Shown one piece after another: positions 37,029 to 46,825 of a DNA stretch of 64,000 nt. The notes beneath the pieces are model-generated. The model ran no database searches and was not told the origin of the DNA. It worked only from the letters and a program-made list of their open reading frames with translations. The position numbers and the translations under genes are program-made. Source of the DNA: a virus; the IMG/VR virus record IMGVR_UViG_3300035670_009931, positions 1 through 64,000 of that record, one strand, 5' to 3'. Position 1 is the stretch's first letter, and each line of letters begins with the position of its first letter.

Positions 37029-37652
37029 TTATAGCATTCCTTTTATTTGTTCTCTAAAAAATCTAATATGAAAATAAGATCGTGTTTCAGCTAGCATGTT
37101 TCCAATTTCAGAAAGAACATATTGATACCTTTTGAAATCAGTATCATCATGTTGAAAATATCGATTCATTTCATCGCTGTTTTTAAATGTAGTGAATGTT
37201 TTGCCCGGTTTCTGTTTATCGTACACTGATACATTCAACCCTATATTGAACAGTCTGTCCCATATTGCTTTACCTTCATCACTTAAAGAATCATCACTCA
37301 TTAATCGTATACTTAAATTTTTGTTATCATCTAAAATAAATTTGTATAATTCACTAGCATATGGTTGTTTACCTCGATATTTAGGGTTTTTTCCAGTTAA
37401 CATAACTACCAATGCTTGAGGGCGTTTTTCAAGTTCAACCCCCAATATAATAGTGCTTTGCTTATCTTCTAACCAATAATAAATTGTCTGAGATAAGACA
37501 ATCTTTTTTATATTATTTCCTAAATCTACTGGGTTTACTCCATTATTCAATAGGTCATTTATATGATATACAAGTGCATCATATGTTTCAAAATTTCCAA
37601 GACCTGTTGGCATTTCAACCAACCAAGTCTTTTCAAAATTCTCTCTACTCAT
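37029..37652 (-). CDS. Hypothetical protein
   Basis: 207-aa ORF. Confidence 0.45.
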   Translation of the reverse strand: MSRENFEKTWLVEMPTGLGNFETYDALVYHINDLLNNGVNPVDLGNNIKKIVLSQTIYYWLEDKQSTIILGVELEKRPQALVVMLTGKNPKYRGKQPYASELYKFILDDNKNLSIRLMSDDSLSDEGKAIWDRLFNIGLNVSVYDKQKPGKTFTTFKNSDEMNRYFQHDDTDFKRYQYVLSEIGNMLAETRSYFHIRFFREQIKGML

Positions 37653-37668
37653 GAAATTTTTCCTTTAA

Positions 37669-38238
37669 TTATCTCCATTTTGGTCCTTCAAACCATGCAA
37701 CTAAACTGTGTCTTGTACCATATGTAACAGGGGTAACTTCATGTGGAATAAATGAAGGGAAAAATATAACAGAGCCCTGTTGTCTAATATCAGATGCCAA
37801 AGGTTCCTCAAACCCATCTAGATGGAATTTCATTTCACCACCTAGATAATCAGCAGGATTTGATAATTGAACTGAGCAACTTAATTTTCTATGATGATTT
37901 GGATCATTATTAATCCAAAATACATCATGGTGTTTCTTATATTCACCTCTTTCCGAGGCATCATATTCCCCTATTTGAATAAAATTTAACCTTGTTACAT
38001 GAATATTAAAAAAAGCTTGGTTTGCCTCTAATGCCATTAACCAAAGATCATTAAAAACATCTTTAAAATCAGGATTATCTTTTTGTATAAATTTTACTCG
38101 ACTTTTACGTATACTGACATCTACAACTGAATTACCAACTACAGCGGTTTCCCAATTATATTTTTCAGACTTTTTGATAATACTTTGACAGTACTCTGGA
38201 GTCCATTTACTTTTAAAGTAACACCATAGTCCATTCAT
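37669..38238 (-). CDS. 2OG-Fe(II) oxygenase (prolyl-4-hydroxylase-like)
   Basis: HxD...H...R pattern (KKHHDV ... PHEVTPVTYGTRHSLVAWF). Confidence 0.6.
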   Translation of the reverse strand: MNGLWCYFKSKWTPEYCQSIIKKSEKYNWETAVVGNSVVDVSIRKSRVKFIQKDNPDFKDVFNDLWLMALEANQAFFNIHVTRLNFIQIGEYDASERGEYKKHHDVFWINNDPNHHRKLSCSVQLSNPADYLGGEMKFHLDGFEEPLASDIRQQGSVIFFPSFIPHEVTPVTYGTRHSLVAWFEGPKWR

Positions 38239-38774
38239 AACTTACAACTCAAACAATCTTGCTCATCATCATCTGGAATGACTATTTCATTGACAACATT
38301 ACTAGATGATGTTAATGTTGTTTTAGAACCCAATTTGTTAATTAAACTATAGTAGAAAGTTTTTAATCCCCATTTATATCCTAACATTAGATTTTTTGCA
38401 ATTAATGTACTCGGAACTTTCCCGTCTTTAAAATGTGCAGGATTATAAAACGTATTTGTACTAATACTTTGATCTATATATGCAGCAAGTACCGCAGCAG
38501 TTTTTAGATATTCAACACAATCTTTTTGATCCCACATTAGTTGATACCTATTTTTTAATTTTTTATATTCGGGGACAACTTGAACAAAACTTCCAGCCTT
38601 TGATTCTTTAACTGAAATCAATTCCATAGGAATTTCAATTCCATTAGTTGAATTTAAAACTACAGATGAGTTGTGAGATACACAACCATTTGGTAACGCA
38701 TATGCACCACTTTTTGTAGTGATATCATATGTTGGAACTACTTCAGTATGCCTATTAATTTTTTTTATTTTCAT
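38235..38774 (-). CDS. nrdA: nrdA C-terminal fragment: split-intein C-half (35 aa) fused to the RNR alpha C-extein
   Basis: MKIKKINRHTEVVPTYDITTKSGAYALPNGCVSHN carries intein blocks F/G (YDITT...NGCVSHN). It is followed by SSVVLNSTNGIEIP...IDQSISTNTFYNP...GYKWGLKTFYY...CLSCKL, which aligns with the NrdA C-terminus including the CxxC tail. It has its own GGAG RBS and ATG. Confidence 0.75.
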   Translation of the reverse strand: MKIKKINRHTEVVPTYDITTKSGAYALPNGCVSHNSSVVLNSTNGIEIPMELISVKESKAGSFVQVVPEYKKLKNRYQLMWDQKDCVEYLKTAAVLAAYIDQSISTNTFYNPAHFKDGKVPSTLIAKNLMLGYKWGLKTFYYSLINKLGSKTTLTSSSNVVNEIVIPDDDEQDCLSCKL

Positions 38775-39954
38775 TTATTTTCTCCATCAATTCATCGAGT
38801 GTTAAGGAACATTTCATACGCTTACTACAATTTTCTTCAACTAAAATCCATTCTAAATTTAATGGATTTCCTATAATTTCTGGGTTTATCCCGTCTAGAT
38901 AACCCTGCATTTTTGAATACATGTGATCGAGATGATATTCCCCTTTATGACGTCCTCGTTTACCCGGACATTCTGGTATTTTAGATAACGACTGTCTAGT
39001 GAATCTATCAACAGAAGCTGAGTAACCTTTAAATCCTTGATGTAATTCTTCTGCTAATTTACCGTATTCACGAAAACATGATGATTTCACCAGTCTTCTC
39101 TCATTATAGATACTTTCACCATTTTTACCATACTTATCCATACAAAATTTTAAACTTGAACCATCTTTTCTAGTGTTTATATTTTCTAGAATATTTTTTA
39201 TTTCTTCTTTGGTAAGACCCCTAGATTCCCAATATTCTTTGTGTAGACCAGAATACAACTTTTGAGTATCAGATATCATTTTTCTAGACTCATCCAAAGA
39301 ATAACCTCTTTTAATCCAAAAATCTACTGTACAACGATTAGCCTCTCTTTTGTATTTTTGGAATCCATCGATGCTATCATCCCAATAGTCAATATAATTT
39401 TTATGAAATCTATGAATAAATTTATGCTTTTCTCTACCCACAGTGTCGCCATATATTTCTATACACCTACTCAATGACAAGGATGTTTCATATTTCAACT
39501 TCTTTATTTTTTCAATAACAGCATCATCCGAAAGTCCTTTAGATACCCAATAAGATGGATCATATATATTAGGTTTATTCGTCAAATATTCTTTTTTGTG
39601 GGACTCCCAATTATTACCGTATTTAACTTTAAAGTATTCATCGCTATTACTCACTGCTTTATGTTTTTTTCTATAATTTAACCACTCGGTGAATCTAGAT
39701 GGATCGTACTCATCATCACTCAACCCGCGAACATATAACAAGAAATTTTTATCATTGATGAATCTAAAAATAGCATCAATAATATTTTTTCTGTCGTTTA
39801 ATGACAATCCATAAAATTTAGATATATCTTCGTCTGATGCAGCAGAAAGAAGAATATCCAATTCTTCTTTCGTTTTTACTTTATTCAATATTTTTTTAGG
39901 TTGGGATCTCGGTTTCCCCAAAATCATTAACTTCAACGACATCATCTCCTTCAT
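38755..39954 (-). mobile_element. Free-standing homing-endonuclease-like ORF (HNH-like C-terminus) inserted between the two nrdA halves
   Basis: 399 aa, in a third reading frame. It overlaps both nrdA fragments. The C-terminus HLDHMYS...GNPLNLEW...ENCSKRMK is HNH-like. Confidence 0.55.
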
Positions 39955-42151
39955 TTAATTCCCGAACGTGTATCCATTTTTTCTCATTATTGCGATTAAC
40001 CAACAATCTATGATTATCGGTGAGTTTCACTATTGATCCATCTTCAAATATAATCTCATTAACTGAGGCCATGCCATTATAATATATACTTGTTATAGAA
40101 TCTGCATTTCCATTTGGCCCAACAACAGAAATTTCATCTATTTTGTGATGACCGATTAAATTGGTAGCCTCTATTAATTCCCAATTTAATCCAGCCTTTT
40201 CACATAATTCATGAAAATTGGGTAACGTTCCGTCCAAAGTATTTATCTTATCTTCCCAAGAATGACAACTTTCTACAGGTGCTACAGCCATTAGTGTTGC
40301 ATTACGTATACCATATTTTAACATTTTTTCACGTAGGGGTTCCCAGTTTAATGAGGGTGTGAAATCAGTTAGTTCATTTACTCCATTACTTCTACGTTCC
40401 CAAGGAAATACTCCTTTGCCGTACCAAGTATGTTGACTACGAGTGCAAGCCCCTTTTTCTTGAGCTAGTTCAACACTCACTTCAGTCAAGTAATATGATT
40501 GATGTTCGGCCCACCTTTTTACCTCAGCCAAGCTAGTTGAGTCACCGTATTTAAAATTCCGTTTGGCATGCCAGTAAGCTAGATTTGTTATACCAATACC
40601 AAGTGGTTCAAACTCATCATTCGATAACTTACTTTGAACACTTAGAAAATCTTGATATCCCAATAAGTTACTTAAACTTCTTACCAATACTCTACATGCT
40701 TTACGCATATCTTGCGGATTTTTAAATACACCCCAATTTATACTTCCAAGTGTACATAACGCTATACGACCTGATTCATCTTCAATACGCTCAAATGGAC
40801 GATTAGGTAACAAAATTTCTAAACATAAGTTTGATTGATAGATAGGGTCTAGTTTAGTATCGAACGAACCTTGATTAATAACATTATCAATATTAACGAT
40901 ATAAATTCTACCAGTATCGGTTCTTTCTTTTAATATACCATTCTTAAAAATTTCTTCAGCAGATATAACTTTTTTCTTTTTGGATGAATCTTGTTCATAT
41001 TTTACATATAAGCTTTCAAAAAGTTTGCTATCTCTATAGTATGCTTCGTATAAATCTTGAACTTCATGTGGATCAAATAAAGTTATATTCTTCCCTTGTT
41101 TAAATCGTTTCCAAAATAATCCACTAATAACAACGCCATAGTCCAACTGACGAACTCTTGTTTCTTCAGTGCCTTGATTATTTTTGAGAACAATCAAATC
41201 TTCAAATTGATAATGCCATATTGGGAAGAATACCGTGCAACTTGCATTTCTAATTCCACCTTGAGAACAAGAACGAAGATCTCCATACCACTTCTTTAAG
41301 AAAGGTACTAGTCCAGTATGTTTAATTTCTCCATTGCGAATTGGTGCTCCTAATGGCCTAATTCTACCTATTTCTAGGCCAATTCCTGCACGTTTTGATG
41401 CATATTTTGCCATCATTTCACCTGTGGCAAAAATTGAATCTAATGTATCATCACTAGAAATAAGAACACAGGAACTGAATTGTTTAGTGGTTGTCCCTAG
41501 ACCAGCAAGAACAGGAGTTGCTAAAGTGAAATGTCCATCTGATGCACATTCATAATACTCTTTTACAAACTTTAGTCTTTTATCCTTACTTTCAGCATGG
41601 AATGCGGTAGCAGCAGCTATTGCATACCTTACTTGTGGAGTTTCATAAATCTTGCCAGTTGCTCTATTTTGAACTAGATACTTTTCACACAATTGAGCAA
41701 TCGCTGCATATGTATAATTTTCATCCTTAGAATGATCTATAAAAAGATCAATAATATTCCATTCTTCTTCGGTATACCACTCCATAAGTTCAGGGGTATA
41801 CATACCTAATTCTACGTTTTTCTTTACTATATTGTATAAAGTATCAGGTTCATATTTTCCATATACTTCTTTTCTAAGCATACTTAAACGCTGTCTACCT
41901 GCGACATACTGATAATTTACATTATTAATGTCTTCGTTTTCGCTTTCATCAATCAAACTGACCATAGCCTGTAGTAACAACTTGTCAATTGTTTCAGTTG
42001 TCATTTTATCATGAAATTGAAGTTGTGCCCGTATTTGAATCATAGACGGACTAACAGAATCAATACCTTTACAACAATTATCAACCTGTCTTTGAATTTT
42101 ACTTATATCCAATGGGACGATTTCCCCATCACGTTTAACTACCGTAATCAT
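39896..42151 (-). CDS. nrdA: nrdA N-terminal fragment: RNR alpha N-extein (about 630 aa) fused to the split-intein N-half (about 121 aa)
   Basis: Class Ia catalytic residues are present (SNLCLEI, ALCTLGSIN). The extein ends ...LMAVAPVES. It is followed by CHSWEDKINTLDG (block A) ... SIVKLTDNHRLLV (block B, TxxH), then a stop. Confidence 0.8.
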   Translation of the reverse strand: MITVVKRDGEIVPLDISKIQRQVDNCCKGIDSVSPSMIQIRAQLQFHDKMTTETIDKLLLQAMVSLIDESENEDINNVNYQYVAGRQRLSMLRKEVYGKYEPDTLYNIVKKNVELGMYTPELMEWYTEEEWNIIDLFIDHSKDENYTYAAIAQLCEKYLVQNRATGKIYETPQVRYAIAAATAFHAESKDKRLKFVKEYYECASDGHFTLATPVLAGLGTTTKQFSSCVLISSDDTLDSIFATGEMMAKYASKRAGIGLEIGRIRPLGAPIRNGEIKHTGLVPFLKKWYGDLRSCSQGGIRNASCTVFFPIWHYQFEDLIVLKNNQGTEETRVRQLDYGVVISGLFWKRFKQGKNITLFDPHEVQDLYEAYYRDSKLFESLYVKYEQDSSKKKKVISAEEIFKNGILKERTDTGRIYIVNIDNVINQGSFDTKLDPIYQSNLCLEILLPNRPFERIEDESGRIALCTLGSINWGVFKNPQDMRKACRVLVRSLSNLLGYQDFLSVQSKLSNDEFEPLGIGITNLAYWHAKRNFKYGDSTSLAEVKRWAEHQSYYLTEVSVELAQEKGACTRSQHTWYGKGVFPWERRSNGVNELTDFTPSLNWEPLREKMLKYGIRNATLMAVAPVESCHSWEDKINTLDGTLPNFHELCEKAGLNWELIEATNLIGHHKIDEISVVGPNGNADSITSIYYNGMASVNEIIFEDGSIVKLTDNHRLLVNRNNEKKWIHVRELNEGDDVVEVNDFGETEIPT

Positions 42152-42202
42152 AAAAAATTATTCCTTTTACTTTTTCTTAGAAAGTATTATTTACTTGTAA
42201 AT

Positions 42203-42625
42203 TTATATTTGAATTAAATTTTCAACAAAATAGTTGCTTAATATTGAGTCTTTAAATACAGGCTCTTGATCTTTAAAATTAAGTACAAATTTATTATCTA
42301 CAACAACTACATTATACCTATTTTCATCGTTACTGTCTACTAGCATCTGAATCTCAATAGGAGTGTCTTTAAATTTATTTGTATATTTTAAAGTTAAAGC
42401 AATCATTAACGATTTTGTAAAATCATCATATTTATTTTCAATGATTATTTCCCATGGGGTTGGCCATGATTTTTTATTGTAAGGATCAACTTTACGATTG
42501 TAAGGAACAAAGGGTGCATTGTTCCAAAATTCACATACATCTTCAAATGGTGTATCTGAGCTATCGATTAATTTTCTATGTTGCACCCAATCAGATAATC
42601 TTTGTTCTATAGATTTTTTAAACAT
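42203..42625 (-). CDS. Hypothetical protein
   Basis: 140-aa ORF. Confidence 0.45.
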   Translation of the reverse strand: MFKKSIEQRLSDWVQHRKLIDSSDTPFEDVCEFWNNAPFVPYNRKVDPYNKKSWPTPWEIIIENKYDDFTKSLMIALTLKYTNKFKDTPIEIQMLVDSNDENRYNVVVVDNKFVLNFKDQEPVFKDSILSNYFVENLIQI

Positions 42626-44305
42626 TTACGTCATTATATTTAAGTTGTACTCTAATGATGATTCGATTGAATCATTAACGCATACTAAAGAAACATAATT
42701 CTTTGTACTGGCATATGTTGATGTGGTTGTAAAATATATAGATGGTGGACCAGTAAGTTCATCATATGTTTCTATATAATTAAAACTATCAGTTACAGCG
42801 CCAATATTATCTGGAGCTAAGTTAACGGTCAATTCACCTTTTCTTGATAATCTATCATTTGTTAATTGATAGTTTATTTTTATAAGTTGATCTTGACCAT
42901 TCAATGGTATTTTGGCAAATACGGTAGAACTAGATGCTACAATAGTTGCAGTGCTTACTTCGGTATTAAGTATATATGCTCTACCAGTAACCAAAGGGGC
43001 ATAGTAAAAATCAGTTGAAGTGGTAGCATCAGCTAAATTTTTTCTCTGGAAAAAATCATCAATACTTTTATTTCCAGTTGAATTAAAACTTATAACAGCA
43101 GTCGAAGCACCAGCAGCAGTTATATTATCAGTCAACCCAACTCCATTTCCTGTTTGTATAAAGAAATTATTTTCTGAAATAACATTACTTTTTAAGTTAT
43201 TAGGATTGGCACCAACATATATACCTTCTCTTACAATATTTTCAAATCTATTGTTTGAAATAATCCCATTTGTTGGTCCTGGTAAATTATTATCAATTGT
43301 ATAATATTCTATACCTCTGTTTAAATTACTAAAAATACTTTTATCTATTGTAGGTCTTACAACTGTACCTGTCCCACGAACTCCGATGTATAGTGAATCG
43401 AAAGCACAATCTATAATTTCTACATTTTCACATAGATTTGCATCCCCAGAACCTAATCCACCTCCAGTTCCACGTATTTCAACTCCGATACCATTTGACA
43501 CTAATCCATATGTAGTGGTAGAAGTTGAATCGAATGCTGTTCTTAGAATACAATTATCAAGTTTAGCATTTAAAACATTATCAAAGCTAACTAGTGCATT
43601 GTCTGATGCATATGCTGGATCATATTCTAATGTTAAATTTTTAATAACTACTTGTCTAGCTCGTTTAACTCCAGTTTCCATCAATCCAGACAAAAATAAG
43701 TTACCATCAGCGTCGGATGTTCTAAAAATATTAGTTGTTGATGAGGTAAGAGTAATTACTGTTAATTCTGGATGTTCTCCAACTAATGTAGTGTATGGTG
43801 GTAATTCGATTGCATTCGATATAAGATATTTTCCAGCTGGAATTTTTAGTTCTCTTCTAGAATCCATTCTTTCCAATGAATCCCATGTACTATTTTTAAA
43901 TATAGTATCTACAGCCACTTGGAACTCATTTGAAATGTCAGTTGCAGTAAAGCTTTGTATTACACCAAATTCACATATACTTACGCTTTCATCTAACTTT
44001 TCTTGTAAAAGTCTAGTAACTGAAGTGGCACTAATATGGGGAGTAAGTGCACGATATTTATATGGACTAGTTAAAGTTGCAGTTGATAAATTTAATAATT
44101 CAAATATATTATCTCTTTGAAAATCTTTTTCTGTTAAGATTCTAGTATTTTCATCATCTGCTGCACCCTCTGCAATTCTTTTACCTATGTAAAGATTTTC
44201 AGTGTCTTGTGCCCATGCAAATTCACCAGGTTCTAGTTTTGGAACCTTGTTTTGTATTTCTTGACCTCTACGGATCTGTATTCTAGCCACTTCTAAAATT
44301 GCCAT
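42626..44305 (-). CDS. Right-handed parallel beta-helix protein (pectate-lyase/tailspike-like), probable structural or glycan-binding protein
   Basis: 559 aa with repetitive N/G/T/V-rich beta-helix-like repeats. Confidence 0.45.
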   Translation of the reverse strand: MAILEVARIQIRRGQEIQNKVPKLEPGEFAWAQDTENLYIGKRIAEGAADDENTRILTEKDFQRDNIFELLNLSTATLTSPYKYRALTPHISATSVTRLLQEKLDESVSICEFGVIQSFTATDISNEFQVAVDTIFKNSTWDSLERMDSRRELKIPAGKYLISNAIELPPYTTLVGEHPELTVITLTSSTTNIFRTSDADGNLFLSGLMETGVKRARQVVIKNLTLEYDPAYASDNALVSFDNVLNAKLDNCILRTAFDSTSTTTYGLVSNGIGVEIRGTGGGLGSGDANLCENVEIIDCAFDSLYIGVRGTGTVVRPTIDKSIFSNLNRGIEYYTIDNNLPGPTNGIISNNRFENIVREGIYVGANPNNLKSNVISENNFFIQTGNGVGLTDNITAAGASTAVISFNSTGNKSIDDFFQRKNLADATTSTDFYYAPLVTGRAYILNTEVSTATIVASSSTVFAKIPLNGQDQLIKINYQLTNDRLSRKGELTVNLAPDNIGAVTDSFNYIETYDELTGPPSIYFTTTSTYASTKNYVSLVCVNDSIESSLEYNLNIMT

Positions 44306-44400
44306 ATCTATCTCCCAATATGTTATTTATCGTTCCAAACCCGCTTTCCATTTACAAGTTTCCATGTTCGACCTTTACATTTATTATCAATGTTTTTAGT

Positions 44401-45096
44401 TCAGGCGTGATACTTATAATAAGTTTCTACTTTTTCCAACCATCTATCTTGATACTTGTTAAAGTCTTTCGGCCATAAATCAAATTGTTGATATTGTAAA
44501 TCTCGGGTGCACATAAAAATATGACCTTCTCTAATATCAGTGCCATATGTATTATTATGGCACATAATATATGCCACTAGCTGAGTTTTATAGCCATCAA
44601 CCCATTCTTCTTTTTTTAGCTTATTAGACTGTTTATAGTCACAAATACTGGGTTTTCCTTGATAAACCGCAACTAAGTCTGTTGTTCCAGAGTATAAACC
44701 AGAATAATATAGACTTTGTTCATACGCCCAAATTTCATCTATTTTAGAGAATGCATTCTCGATGATGAGATCGGCCATTTTATTTGATTGGACATGAACC
44801 AAATTACCACCCGGTTGTCGTTGCACTCCGGTTATAAAGTTTTCTATGTTTTTATGCATAGATGTCCCCACACCGGATGCCTCTTTAACAATTTTGGCGG
44901 CTTTATCTTCACCTATTCGTTTTTTCCACTCTAAAATAGCACTTTTATCTTCCGTGGCGCTAAGAATCGTGGTAACACTTGGAAGTTTTTCTCCTTCCGG
45001 TGTCTGATATGATCTTTTATTAGTTACAGGATCATTTATTTGAACACAACCTTGGTAGTCAAATTTTTTTACGTATGGTGGAGGATTTATAGTCAT
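44401..45096 (-). CDS. PD-(D/E)xK nuclease (RecB/Cas4-family-like exonuclease)
   Basis: Motifs TTDLV (D), ICDYKQ (DxK) and QLVAY (QxxxY). Confidence 0.5.
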   Translation of the reverse strand: MTINPPPYVKKFDYQGCVQINDPVTNKRSYQTPEGEKLPSVTTILSATEDKSAILEWKKRIGEDKAAKIVKEASGVGTSMHKNIENFITGVQRQPGGNLVHVQSNKMADLIIENAFSKIDEIWAYEQSLYYSGLYSGTTDLVAVYQGKPSICDYKQSNKLKKEEWVDGYKTQLVAYIMCHNNTYGTDIREGHIFMCTRDLQYQQFDLWPKDFNKYQDRWLEKVETYYKYHA

Positions 45097-45127
45097 ACAC
45101 GGAGTATAACATAAATGTATACAACTG

Positions 45128-45502
45128 TCAAATTTTTGATGAAATAGCTTTTTTAGCGGCTCTAGACGCCATATTATCTACAGTGGTTGATCCACTTTGA
45201 TCTGTTGGCATCGCAGGTGAATTTGCTTGATTTTTTGTTTTGATGTATACTTTTTCATTTTCAACATCAATATCTTTAATTAAATTACCATTGGGGTCAA
45301 ATTCATTTTGCCATTGTATTAATGTGTCTATATTAGAAATACCATATTGATCACTACCTGCCATTCGCTTAATAGTGTCAAAGTCATAAACTAATGTATC
45401 GCCTTTTTTAGTGGCATTATTTGCCTGACCCTGTAGTACCTTAAGGATATTTCCTATAGGACCAGGATCAGGTTTTACATCAAGAATTTCAAATAGACGC
45501 AT
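45128..45502 (-). CDS. Hypothetical protein
   Basis: 124-aa ORF. Confidence 0.45.
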   Translation of the reverse strand: MRLFEILDVKPDPGPIGNILKVLQGQANNATKKGDTLVYDFDTIKRMAGSDQYGISNIDTLIQWQNEFDPNGNLIKDIDVENEKVYIKTKNQANSPAMPTDQSGSTTVDNMASRAAKKAISSKI

Positions 45503-46794
45503 TATTGTGATAGTTTAGCAAGTAATATATGAGATTCACGTAACTTTTTTCTATAATTACTTTCTCTTAATTCTCTACCTGTATCACCTTCACCAGCCGC
45601 AGCATCGCTTGCTGCAAATTCGTCTGGGCCAGCAGATGCTCCCGCTTCTGGATTCATCATATCTGGAGATGTTGGAGTTATTTCTTCTCCCGGCTCTCCA
45701 CCCATTGGAACTTCTGGTGTTTCTTCTCCTGCCAATTGAGCTATTGCTTTACTAATAACTTCCCGCTGAGCGTTTAAAGTTGCCAATGTTGTAGCTAATG
45801 CAGGTCCAACAGCCTGCTTAAATGCCATTGATTGTTGTGCTCCAAAGTTATGACGAATCTCATCAGATAATTCAATCATTACCTTAGTTTGATATTGACC
45901 AACTTTTTGCATCCAGCTAGTATAATCATTTGCCATATCACCGGCAGCAGTAATAGTGTTGGCTCTTTCTTCCTCGTCTTCATTCAATAAACGTTCTATA
46001 TTCTCGTTTACCATTCTTACATAGGTGCGATATAAAGATTCTTTTACTGGTTTCTTTTTTAATTTTGCCAATTCAACATTTTTTTCTTTACTATTAGGTG
46101 CTTTCTTTACAGCAGTTTTAGCTTTTACCGGTTCTTTAGTTTTCTTAGGTTTCTTTTCTGGTAAACCTTTGTGCTTAGTGCTTGCAAATTTCTCTGCTTC
46201 TTTTCCAGTCATGGATTTAGCAGCTTTTGCAACTTCAGGGCTTGCAGGTTCTTCACCCTTTTTCGCAGCATGAACCATTCCCATGAATTTTTGCTGTTTT
46301 TTGCTAACAGCTTTTTCTGCGACCATTTCATCGTCGGCATGTTGTTTGGTCTTTTTAACAGCTTCTTTGAATGGCTTTCCAGACTTAGCAGCAGCTTTTG
46401 CACGACTGCCCCATACTTCGTCTTTGTTGGTTTCTATTTTACCATCACCATCGTAATCTTTTTTTGCCATTGTTTTTTTTGATGCAGTTTTTTTACGTGC
46501 TTCAGAAATACTTGCTGCTGTTTTTTTATTTGAGTTTTCACCTAACATTTCTTTAATCCTTGTGTTTACAAGATCAAGCATAGCTTTATCTTTTTGGTAG
46601 CTTTCATTATTTAACAAATCGTTGAACTTAGAACCATTTTCATGATTAAAAATTTTTGTTCTAAGTTTATTTCTTATATCTTCCAGTTGTTCTCTGTTAT
46701 ATGGGGAAACATTTACTCTAACGCCGAAATGTTTATTAATGTTTTCCTCAATCATTTTACTATTTAATTTGGAATAAAAAATAGAAGTTTTCAT
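45502..46794 (-). CDS. Lysine-rich hypothetical protein with an EF-hand-like DYDGDGKIE loop
   Basis: 430 aa. Long basic K/A/E-rich centre and acidic C-terminus. Possibly a core or scaffold-type protein. Confidence 0.45.
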   Translation of the reverse strand: MKTSIFYSKLNSKMIEENINKHFGVRVNVSPYNREQLEDIRNKLRTKIFNHENGSKFNDLLNNESYQKDKAMLDLVNTRIKEMLGENSNKKTAASISEARKKTASKKTMAKKDYDGDGKIETNKDEVWGSRAKAAAKSGKPFKEAVKKTKQHADDEMVAEKAVSKKQQKFMGMVHAAKKGEEPASPEVAKAAKSMTGKEAEKFASTKHKGLPEKKPKKTKEPVKAKTAVKKAPNSKEKNVELAKLKKKPVKESLYRTYVRMVNENIERLLNEDEEERANTITAAGDMANDYTSWMQKVGQYQTKVMIELSDEIRHNFGAQQSMAFKQAVGPALATTLATLNAQREVISKAIAQLAGEETPEVPMGGEPGEEITPTSPDMMNPEAGASAGPDEFAASDAAAGEGDTGRELRESNYRKKLRESHILLAKLSQ

Positions 46795-46825
46795 TGGTGT
46801 TCTTTCTCAGTATTATTTTAATTAT

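Noticed and set aside
46025-46482. Plus-strand and antisense ORFs (46025-46273, 46171-46482, 46209-46403) within the lysine-rich gene
   Set aside because: They are embedded in a longer well-formed minus-strand ORF with repeat-driven open frames, and have no RBS.
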